Source: an uncultured Eubacteriales bacterium
GTDB taxonomy: Bacteria > Bacillota > Clostridia > Peptostreptococcales > Anaerovoracaceae
Length of the DNA: 64,000 bases
Reading direction: 5' to 3'
Assembly: GCA_902801255.1 (NCBI GenBank)
Contig: CADCHO010000003.1
Coordinates: 20,188-84,187 of the forward strand
In this document: positions 54,059 through 62,227 of the stretch, piece by piece
How positions within the stretch are numbered: position 1 is the stretch's first letter
Layout: every line of letters begins with the position of its first letter
Translations under genes and position numbers: made by a program
The notes under the pieces: model-generated
Seen by the model: only the letters and a program-made list of their open reading frames with translations
The model's database searches: none
Told to the model about the DNA's origin: nothing

Positions 54059-55078
54059 CTATTCTTCATCCTGGTAGAGATCCATCACCTTGCCGAGCAC
54101 TGATATTATTGAGTCTTCATTTACATAGAACTCCTCGTGCTCTATTCCGTCGCCCTGCGTATCGCCGAACTTTGTGGTGCCGTCGAGCTGCAGTATGCCG
54201 AGGTTATCGTACTGTATCATGTGATTGGTCAGCCTGGATATCTCGCTTCCGTCACCGCTCGTCTCTACGCTGCTGCTGAGCTGGTCGTACAGGTCATTCA
54301 CGTACTCAGGGTTGTCTCTCAGCTGGCCTATCACCATGCTGTAGGCCTTCTGCATGTACTGGGTCTGGCGAGCCATACGGCCCTTGTTGCTGCCGTCGCC
54401 GACGCTCATCCTCGCCCTTACGAACTTCTCTGCCTGATCGTCTGTCAGGTGCACTGTTGCGCCTTCTGCGAATTCAGGGTCTATGTTCGTCATGTCTTCT
54501 TCAATGTTTACTGTAACACCGCCGATGGCATTGTTTATCTTATCGATATCAGCCATGTTGATGGTGTAATAGTCGTCTATCCTGAGACCTCCCAGTAGCG
54601 TCGAAAGTGTAAGCACGGTGTTGTTGTTGCGCTTGTTATCATCTTCACCGTACCAGTGGGCAACGCATATCTGTTGTTTTTCGTACTCTACTATATTGCC
54701 CTCTTCATCGACCGTCTGAATATCTACCATACTGTTGCGATCCACCTGTATGAAGGCGAAGCGCTCTGTGGTATTGTCTATGAGAAGCAGTACAAGGAAG
54801 TCCGCCATTTTGCCGCTGTACTTCTCACCGAGGTTCTCGCCGCCGCCGTCTGTTCCTATCAGCAGGTATGTATCGATGTTGTCATCTGATTTGTAGTCAA
54901 CGCCGCCGATTGTCAGCTCTACTCCTTCATCCTCATCGCTCCAGTCGCCGCTGTCACCGAACTGTTCATCGAGCAGCGTGCGGTTTACGACAAAGCGCAG
55001 CACCAGCCAGAACAGCAGTATCGCCAGCAGCGCGATGACTACACCCAGTATTATTTTTCGTTTACTGTTAATTCTCAT
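54059..55078 (-). CDS. LytR-CpsA-Psr (LCP) family glycopolymer ligase/regulator
   Basis: 339 aa. N-terminal TM, LLIGTDGGG, ADFLVLLLID, IGGVTVNI. Confidence 0.85.
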   Translation of the reverse strand: MRINSKRKIILGVVIALLAILLFWLVLRFVVNRTLLDEQFGDSGDWSDEDEGVELTIGGVDYKSDDNIDTYLLIGTDGGGENLGEKYSGKMADFLVLLLIDNTTERFAFIQVDRNSMVDIQTVDEEGNIVEYEKQQICVAHWYGEDDNKRNNNTVLTLSTLLGGLRIDDYYTINMADIDKINNAIGGVTVNIEEDMTNIDPEFAEGATVHLTDDQAEKFVRARMSVGDGSNKGRMARQTQYMQKAYSMVIGQLRDNPEYVNDLYDQLSSSVETSGDGSEISRLTNHMIQYDNLGILQLDGTTKFGDTQGDGIEHEEFYVNEDSIISVLGKVMDLYQDEE

Positions 55079-55284
55079 AAATGCATATCATCCGTGCATT
55101 TTGTTTTATTTTTGTTGCGTAATTTGCGTAAATTATAGTAAAAAAAAGCACCTTAAAGGCAAGGATCAAATACAGAGTATTCGGTTTTCCTTTCTTTAAA
55201 GTACTACGTTTAATTCTTAAAGATATCGGATCAATTGCCAATCCCTGCGAGGTGCAGAAACGTTGACAATCTTTATGCCGCATT

Positions 55285-55313
55285 ATTATATTCATCTATT
55301 TGCCTTTTTTCAA
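55285..55313 (-). promoter_or_regulatory. Near-consensus sigma-A promoter for the LCP-cpsC-cpsD operon
   Basis: The minus strand reads TTGAAA (55313-08), a 17-nt spacer, then TATAAT (55290-85). This predicts a ~200-nt leader, which contains a tandem TTGCGTAA x2 motif (+ 55114-55132). Confidence 0.6.
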
Positions 55314-55366
55314 GCATTTAGGCAATAAATATTAATAAAACAAGCAACAATTAAATAATTAACAAA

Positions 55367-56284
55367 TCAGGCGGCGGTTTTCAGCGCATATATGTAATTA
55401 TACCGTTTCACATGATGCTTCTTGTCGTCGTGCTTCTGACTCGTCGTGTAGTAGAAGCCGGCGTAGAATCTGTCACCGTCATGGAATATGCACTGCAGCT
55501 CATTGCCCGGCGCCTGCCCGTAGGCGAACTCCATTGCTCCGACGTAAGCGCCCGACATATCGTGTATCGTCACCATATTATACTTGCGCTTGCCCTTGAA
55601 GCTGCGGACATCGTAAATATAGTCGCCAACGCTTTCCATTCCCTGGTTGAGCAGGCCTGTCATTTTGCCTTTGAGCTTCACATATCTGACCGGCTTCAGG
55701 TTTCCGTCCAAAATGATGACATTGTTGTTTCCTCTCAGCCTTCCAATGTAACAGTCATACTTTTCGTTATACGTTATGGCAGTGAAGCCTTTGTACTTTC
55801 TGACCACTGATTTCGGGATCATCTTTGAAGCCTTCAGCTTTATGTCTTTTTTCGTAACGACCGTTAATGTTTGCGGATCTATGAATACGACTCTTTTTCC
55901 CTTGACCTGACAGCAGGTCGCCAGCAGCAGGTTTCTTCTTGTATTGAACGTGAGATTGTTTGCGTGGTAGACAGGCAGCGGACCTGATACCATCACCACG
56001 TTAAGACTCCCGAGCTCTGCTTTAACTATCCTGCACTTGTTTTTATTGCGGTCGAACAGAGTGTAGTAGACAAAGCCGCCATTAGCGCAGGCACCCTGCA
56101 GAGTGTCGTATCCGTAAAGCTTCTGGCCTGCGGCTGCGCGAAGGTCGAACACTTCGCCGTTCTTTGTGAGAAGCTCCATGGAGCTGTACCCGAAGATTGG
56201 CTCAGCATAAACCGGCAGGCTTGACGTTATAAGGATGAAGGCCGCGAACAGGGTCGCGGCCATGTGCTTCATACTTTTCTTCAT
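55367..56284 (-). CDS. Exported hypothetical protein
   Basis: Start trimmed to ATG 56284 (MKKSMKHMAATLFAAFILITSSLPVYA), which avoids overlap with rubrerythrin. No family recognised. Confidence 0.65.
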   Translation of the reverse strand: MKKSMKHMAATLFAAFILITSSLPVYAEPIFGYSSMELLTKNGEVFDLRAAAGQKLYGYDTLQGACANGGFVYYTLFDRNKNKCRIVKAELGSLNVVMVSGPLPVYHANNLTFNTRRNLLLATCCQVKGKRVVFIDPQTLTVVTKKDIKLKASKMIPKSVVRKYKGFTAITYNEKYDCYIGRLRGNNNVIILDGNLKPVRYVKLKGKMTGLLNQGMESVGDYIYDVRSFKGKRKYNMVTIHDMSGAYVGAMEFAYGQAPGNELQCIFHDGDRFYAGFYYTTSQKHDDKKHHVKRYNYIYALKTAA

Positions 56285-56295
56285 TATTAATAGTA

Positions 56296-56835
56296 TTAAT
56301 AGTTCTCTGCGTTGATTTCGAAGTATGCCTTTGGATGTGCGCATACAGGGCACATCTCAGGAGCTTTAGTTCCAACAACGATATGACCGCAGTTGCGGCA
56401 CTCCCATACTTTGACCTCGCTCTTTGCAAAGACCTCCTGTGCCTCTACGTTGTGCAGCAGTGCGCGGTAGCGCTCCTCATGATGCTTCTCTATCTCGCCT
56501 ACCATGCGGAACTTAGCTGCGAGTGCCTTGAAGCCTTCCTCCTCGGCTGTCTTAGCGAAACCTTCGTACATATCGGTCCACTCGTAGTTCTCGCCCTCAG
56601 CTGCCTCGAGAAGGTTTTCAGCTGTTGTGCCGATGCCTTCAAGCTCCTTGAACCAGATCTTTGCATGCTCCTTCTCGTTGTCTGCGGTCTTAAGGAAGAG
56701 GGCCGCTATCTGCTCGAATCCCTCCTTCTTGGCCTTGGATGCGAAATATGTGTATTTGTTGCGAGCCTGGGATTCGCCTGCAAAAGCGGCCCACAGGTTC
56801 TTTTCAGTCTGAGTTCCTTCGTACTTATTAGCCAT
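56296..56835 (-). CDS. rbr: Rubrerythrin
   Basis: 179 aa. [19 protein letters not shown] (ferritin-like di-iron) plus C-terminal CRNCG..CPVC rubredoxin. GGAGG RBS. Confidence 0.95.
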   Translation of the reverse strand: MANKYEGTQTEKNLWAAFAGESQARNKYTYFASKAKKEGFEQIAALFLKTADNEKEHAKIWFKELEGIGTTAENLLEAAEGENYEWTDMYEGFAKTAEEEGFKALAAKFRMVGEIEKHHEERYRALLHNVEAQEVFAKSEVKVWECRNCGHIVVGTKAPEMCPVCAHPKAYFEINAENY

Positions 56836-57074
56836 GATCTTATCCTCCTTTTTTATGGGTTTCTCTGCATTGATTCAACCCGCGGATGTCCGGATTTAGA
56901 CATCATTTGCAGAAACCGGGCTTTAGTTACAGGAAAATTGTAAACTCAAAGTTTCTCTTTGTCTATACACTTAATGCCCAATTATAATACCGCGCCCCAA
57001 AAGACCTGAAAATATGCTACAATTCGGATGTATAGATTCAGTGGACAGAGTTCCACTGAAAACGGAGGGACAAC

Positions 57075-57803
57075 ATGAACATTTTTAAGACCGGACCTAG
57101 ATTTATCAGAGGCTATATAGAGACTATGCGCTACACCTCGCTTAAGAAGCAGTTCAAGAAGCTGCGCGAGGCCGGCGACATTGAAGGTGAAAAGGAGCTC
57201 ATCCGCTTCGGGCAGAAGCGCTGGGTGGAGGCCATGACACCGATACTGGGTCTCACCTACGAAGTTCACGGCGAGGAAAACGTTCCGGCTCCTGAAGACG
57301 GACCTTTCATGTTATACAGCAACCACCAGAGTTTTGCAGACATTTGCGCAACGCTCTGGCTGATGAAGGACCACGGCATGATGGGCTATGTCTCCAAAGA
57401 GGAGTGGCGCAAGTACCCTATCCTGGCAGATGTTGTCGAATACTCGCGCTCCATTTACCTGATTCGCAACAATCCTAAGGAGGCGGTCAAGGCGCTGGGC
57501 GAAGCTAAGAAGATGCTCGACATGGGCTTCAACCTCTGCATCTTCCCTGAGGGAACACGTTCGCAGTGTCATGAGATGGGCGAGTTCAAGGCCGGCGCTT
57601 TCAAGTTTGCCGAGAAGGCGAAAGTTCCTATCCTGCCGGTGACCATTGACGGCACGTACCATTTCTTCGAGGAAAAGGGTACCTGGAACCCTGCGCATAT
57701 AAAGATAACCGCGCATCCGCTCGTGCATATAGAGAATATGGACAAGCATGAGCAGAAAGAAGCTCAGGCTGCGATAGAGGAGACTATCCGCAGCGCGCTG
57801 TAG
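57075..57803 (+). CDS. plsC: 1-acyl-sn-glycerol-3-phosphate acyltransferase
   Basis: 242 aa. NHQSFADI (HX4D) and FPEGTRS. GGAGGGA RBS. The only convincing + strand gene. Confidence 0.9.
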   Translation: MNIFKTGPRFIRGYIETMRYTSLKKQFKKLREAGDIEGEKELIRFGQKRWVEAMTPILGLTYEVHGEENVPAPEDGPFMLYSNHQSFADICATLWLMKDHGMMGYVSKEEWRKYPILADVVEYSRSIYLIRNNPKEAVKALGEAKKMLDMGFNLCIFPEGTRSQCHEMGEFKAGAFKFAEKAKVPILPVTIDGTYHFFEEKGTWNPAHIKITAHPLVHIENMDKHEQKEAQAAIEETIRSAL

Positions 57804-57840
57804 ACATACAGTTTTTTACCAAAATAGTATAAAAGTCTAA

Positions 57841-57877
57841 ACGGGATGCCGTGATTATACGGCATCCCGTTTTTTTC
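57841..57877 (+). terminator. Intrinsic terminator after plsC (shared by the convergent minus-strand gene)
   Basis: ACGGGATGCCGT-gattat-ACGGCATCCCGT followed by TTTTTTT. Confidence 0.85.
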
Positions 57878-57907
57878 ATCTGTCGGGAAACGACTTCCCT
57901 TTTTCAG

Positions 57908-59284
57908 CTATTTAACCTTAACGCTCTTAGACTTCCAGTCTGAGACGTGATTGCCCGCCGCGCATGCACGTATGCGTACGTAGTACGTTGTCTTTGACTG
58001 CAGACCTTTGATCACCTTTGAAGTCTTCTTCTTCCCTGCCGGAACGGTCTTCAAGATGGTCGAGAAGTTCGGATCGGTTGATACCTGTATCTGGATTCCG
58101 GAGATCTTCTTAAGATTCTTCTTGCTTACCTTCTTCCATTTTACAGTGATCTTCTTCTTGGCTGCTTTTGGCTTTGAGATCTTTACTATCGGAAGATCCA
58201 TGATCTCACTCGGTTGAGAATTTACAGTAGTGTTCGAATTTGCTTCCGCTGCCTTCTGAGCATCGGTCTTCTGAGCGTTGATCGTATTAAGCGCAGTTAT
58301 TTTAGCTGCATTTACTGCATCTATAGTCGCCGCAGCTTCGATTGCCGCTATTCCATCTTCAATGGCCTTCTCTACATTTGTCTTTTCGTTACCACTATAT
58401 GCACTTGTATTGATACCGGTAAGCTCAGCTTTCGCTGCCGTCTTTGCTGCTTCAAGGTCATCGGCTGGTGTTGCCGGTATAATTGTTGCCTTATAAGGAG
58501 TTGATTCTGCCGCGGTTAAATTCCCCTCTTCATCTTCAATTCCGCCGAACATTACCCAGAAAGTGTTATCCCCTTCTGGTGTCCAAGGTGTTTTATACTG
58601 GTCATCTTCGAGACTTGGTGCATAATATCCGCCCTGGAGATAATCTTCATCTTCCAGAACGTACCATTTAATCCAAGTATAGTCACCCGCAGTTTGTTCT
58701 TTAGCTACAACTGTTTTAATTGTGCCATCGGTAAGTGTAGCTGTTATTGTATCACCATTGCAAAAGTCATAGTCATATCCATCAATTTCAACCTCTTCAT
58801 CAGATTCATCAAAGCGCCATATCTTGGTCTTATCAGTGTCTTCACGAAATTGGAATCTTTGATTATCTTCATTTTGAGTAAACGAAACAGAAATAGACTG
58901 GATTTGTGCAGTCCAGCCGGCATCGGGATAAGGAGAGGTAACATAGAAATCCACCGGATATGTACGTCCATCAATATCTGTAATTACACAGCGATAGATT
59001 CCAGGCTCTGTAACCGTTATCTTTTTTGCGTACTCATCTTCGCCCAGTTCAATATTCGTACCTGTTCCGGAATTTGGAATTTTATACCATTTAAAGGTAT
59101 AGGCTCCAAATTCCTCGATTTCATGAATTACTACTTCAAGTTCTGCTTCGCCCCCTTCCAGCACAGGCGCGATGTTTTTTGCTTCAGCAGACCAGCCATC
59201 GTACGCGAAAGCAAGTGCAGGCATAAGTGTGAGCACCATTACCAAAGAAATAAAAAGGGCAAGTGCTCGTTCTTTGATTTTCAT
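57908..59284 (-). CDS. Secreted surface protein with Ig-like N-terminal region, helical A/K/E linker and C-terminal FN3-like Lys-rich module
   Basis: 458 aa. Signal peptide. ..KITVKWKKVSKK..GIQIQVSTDPNFS..TTYYVRIRA.. GGAGG RBS. Confidence 0.8.
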   Translation of the reverse strand: MKIKERALALFISLVMVLTLMPALAFAYDGWSAEAKNIAPVLEGGEAELEVVIHEIEEFGAYTFKWYKIPNSGTGTNIELGEDEYAKKITVTEPGIYRCVITDIDGRTYPVDFYVTSPYPDAGWTAQIQSISVSFTQNEDNQRFQFREDTDKTKIWRFDESDEEVEIDGYDYDFCNGDTITATLTDGTIKTVVAKEQTAGDYTWIKWYVLEDEDYLQGGYYAPSLEDDQYKTPWTPEGDNTFWVMFGGIEDEEGNLTAAESTPYKATIIPATPADDLEAAKTAAKAELTGINTSAYSGNEKTNVEKAIEDGIAAIEAAATIDAVNAAKITALNTINAQKTDAQKAAEANSNTTVNSQPSEIMDLPIVKISKPKAAKKKITVKWKKVSKKNLKKISGIQIQVSTDPNFSTILKTVPAGKKKTSKVIKGLQSKTTYYVRIRACAAGNHVSDWKSKSVKVK

Positions 59285-59561
59285 ACAATCCTCCTAACTA
59301 ATACTCTCCATACATCGTGTAACTGTTGCGTTTTTATCAGTTACACATACATACAACATTAACATCTGTTAAGTTAATTTTATCTTACTTTATTCTTCAA
59401 ATCCATAGAATTTCTGTATTACAGCATTAATTAACTGTATTTTATTCATCTGTTATGACAGTCTCTTCGGATTGAAGAAATACGTGTTATGTTGCGCTTT
59501 AGAAGAGATTGAGGTTTAGAACTTGCTTGCTCTTTTTACTTCTTATTTGGTTTTTAGCCGT

Positions 59562-62129
59562 TTACAGTACGCTCTCTAATGATTTCATAGCTTCGTATTT
59601 TTTGCGGTCTTCTTCGCTGACGCTTGACTTCACCTTGCTGATTATGCCAAGGATATCGTCTGTCTTGACCGGCTCTGCCTCTGCACCATCGCCTGCAACG
59701 ATCTGGCGCTTTACGTATATCTCTTTCGCCTTGTTGGCGATCGCTACGATGTCTGCACAGGTGTAGCCATCGAGTTTTTCAGACAGCAGGTCTATATCCG
59801 CGTCGTAAGGAATAGGTTCAAGTGTAGAACTGAGGAGCGCCTTTATGGATTCCTTGTCCGGCAGCGGGATGTAGATCTTGGTGTCGAAACGACCCGCTCT
59901 CATGAGCGCTCCATCGAGTGAATCAGGTCTGTTGGTAGCTGCGATCACCATTACGCCGTCGAGCGAATCCATGCCATCGATCTCGGTGAGCAGCTGGTTG
60001 ATGATGCGGACTGAGCCCTCATTGCCGCTGCGTTTTCCGGCAATCGCGTCGATCTCATCGAAGAAAATGATTGAAGGCTTTGTCTCGCGGGCATCCCTGA
60101 ACTTGCGTCTCAGGTTTTTCTCGGACTCTCCTATCCCTGCGCCAAGCAGTTCAGGTCCATTGACCACATAGAAGTTGGCGTCGCTCTCGTCAGCAGCGAC
60201 CTTCGCGAAGAATGTCTTGCCGCATCCCGGAGGGCCGAAAAGAAGGATTCCCTTTGATGCCGGGATTCCGAACTGCCTGTACTTTTCCGCATTTTTGATA
60301 GGGCTCTCGATCTTGTCCTTGAGTACCTTCTTGACCTCATCCATGCCTTTGATGTCATCCCAGCTGAGCTTTTTGGTTTCTTTTCCTGTGTTGTCCTGCT
60401 GGGCTACTGATGAACGTATATACTTTTTACTGTAGAGCTCATAGCGCTCCTGCAGATCAAGTGTGTATGAAGGTAATGTGTATGCTATCCTGTCAAGCAG
60501 GTCATTTACAGTGAGCTCCTTGAAGTCGTTTTCTCTGTAAGCATTCTCGCAAACAGCCTTGATGTCTGCTCCTGTAAATCTTTCAGTATTCTTTACGAGC
60601 TTGTTGATCTCAGCATCACTGAGGTTTGCCTTGCCTTTGAGATATTTCTTGAAGAGCGCTTTCCTGCCTTCAGGATCCGGTGCTCCGACATAAATTATCC
60701 TGTCGAATCTGCCCGGTCTCATGGCAGCTTCGTCTATCATCTCAGGATTGTTTGTGGTTGCGACTACGAATACGTTCTTCAGCTCGTTGAAACCGTCCAT
60801 CTGCGAAAGGAAGACGTTGATTATCGAGGTCTCATAGTTTGCTTCCGACTCCATTCTTTTGCGCAGGAACGCCTCTACCTCTTCGAAGCAAATGATTGCA
60901 GGAGCCTTTGCTCTTGCCTGATTGAATATATTCTTGAGGTTTTTCTCGGATTCACCTACCCATTTCGACATGAATTCGGCTGCGTTTACAAGAATAAGAT
61001 TCATCTTGCTCTCGTTTGCGATGATCCTTGCAATAGTAGTTTTACCTGTTCCCGGAGGGCCGTAAAGGAGCAGTCCCTTTACAGGTCTCATGCCGGTTCT
61101 GGCCACCTTGTTGAATTCAGCTTTGTCTACATAAGGCTTTATTATATCCTGGATCTCCTGCTTTGTAGCATCGTAGCCTGCAAGGCTGTCCCATGTCTCT
61201 CCGGAATTCACTGCAGTTACTCTCGCGAATGCAGCTCTGTCGTTATCCCGGTTTTCAATATCGATAGCGACTGCGCTCGCCCACGGTCTGCTTACAATAT
61301 AGCCTGCCAGCAAGCCAATGACAGCTCCGCCGATCGGAAGCTGTACGTCAGCCTTGCATACAACCCTGATCACCACATAAACGACAATTGTCAGGACGGT
61401 AAGGATGAGGAAATTTACCGCATCTATTACATCCTGATTCAGAGTCCTGATAAGTCTTGCCTTTACGAAGAGCCAGTGCGCGATGATACCGAGCACAAGA
61501 AACGCACCCAGTATAATAAGGAAATTCTGCATTCCTGATGCCTGGATGATCTGGTAGTCTCTCAGGAGATTGAACTCGTTGAAAATGTCTTCCATCTTCC
61601 CCTGGTAGGGTATGAAGTTGAATCCTTCAGGATAAAGGAAGTTCGGCAGTCCGCTTGCGCAGAAGAACAGGCTCCATGCTCCCCACAAGGTTGAGAAGAA
61701 TGCCGGCTTATACGAATAATCATATTTTGAATACATGCAAAGTCCGAAAAACAGTATCGCAAAGCCTACTCCCTGGAGCGGAGATCCCGGAATGAATGCA
61801 AGAGGCATCATGATAGTTGCCCATGCTGTAGGGTGCGAGCTGCTGTAAAGCAATACCATAAGCACGACAATTAATGCCGCCATGATCCCGCTGATATGGG
61901 ATATCGCCATGAACGCTGCAATCGCTGCCAGAATTACTGAGAACGCAGGAACAGCATAAAATGCTAAACCTATCGCTGCTCCGCATGCCCAGCATGTGCC
62001 TGAAGTCAGTCCGCTTGTTGCCAGCAGTATCTTGATGGCATACATTACAGTCAGCGCACCGATCGCATTCCAGATCTTGGCATGGTACATATTGTCCAGT
62101 GCTCTTCTTATGTTTTCCAAAGCTGTCAT
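59562..62129 (-). CDS. Membrane-anchored tandem AAA+ ATPase (classical/Cdc48-like clade, two ATPase modules)
   Basis: 855 aa. ~290-aa polytopic N-terminus. D1 has GPPGTGKT and AIICFEEVE. D2 has GPPGCGKT, SIIFFDEIDA and ATNRPDSLDGALMRAGRFD. Confidence 0.85.
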   Translation of the reverse strand: MTALENIRRALDNMYHAKIWNAIGALTVMYAIKILLATSGLTSGTCWACGAAIGLAFYAVPAFSVILAAIAAFMAISHISGIMAALIVVLMVLLYSSSHPTAWATIMMPLAFIPGSPLQGVGFAILFFGLCMYSKYDYSYKPAFFSTLWGAWSLFFCASGLPNFLYPEGFNFIPYQGKMEDIFNEFNLLRDYQIIQASGMQNFLIILGAFLVLGIIAHWLFVKARLIRTLNQDVIDAVNFLILTVLTIVVYVVIRVVCKADVQLPIGGAVIGLLAGYIVSRPWASAVAIDIENRDNDRAAFARVTAVNSGETWDSLAGYDATKQEIQDIIKPYVDKAEFNKVARTGMRPVKGLLLYGPPGTGKTTIARIIANESKMNLILVNAAEFMSKWVGESEKNLKNIFNQARAKAPAIICFEEVEAFLRKRMESEANYETSIINVFLSQMDGFNELKNVFVVATTNNPEMIDEAAMRPGRFDRIIYVGAPDPEGRKALFKKYLKGKANLSDAEINKLVKNTERFTGADIKAVCENAYRENDFKELTVNDLLDRIAYTLPSYTLDLQERYELYSKKYIRSSVAQQDNTGKETKKLSWDDIKGMDEVKKVLKDKIESPIKNAEKYRQFGIPASKGILLFGPPGCGKTFFAKVAADESDANFYVVNGPELLGAGIGESEKNLRRKFRDARETKPSIIFFDEIDAIAGKRSGNEGSVRIINQLLTEIDGMDSLDGVMVIAATNRPDSLDGALMRAGRFDTKIYIPLPDKESIKALLSSTLEPIPYDADIDLLSEKLDGYTCADIVAIANKAKEIYVKRQIVAGDGAEAEPVKTDDILGIISKVKSSVSEEDRKKYEAMKSLESVL

Positions 62130-62227
62130 AATAGTTAGAATACCTTTCCTTTTTTCTATATATAATAAATAGTGGATTCAATCTTTGCCAGTATATTTTT
62201 TTGTGCCGGCTTCTTCAGCAGCTGCCG

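Noticed and set aside
55263-55291. + strand promoter-like TTGACA-17-TTATAT.
   Set aside because: It overlaps the -10 of the stronger minus-strand promoter and points into the antisense of an exported-protein gene, with no + strand ORF downstream. It is probably a by-product of AT-rich promoter sequence. An antisense transcript cannot be excluded.
56982-57269. Minus ORF 56982-57269 and the partial ATTATAAT motif (56981-56989) as a PerR-type box for rubrerythrin.
   Set aside because: The ORF overlaps the plsC start region and has no RBS or recognisable domain. The motif is only a half-site and coincides with a plausible -10 for plsC.
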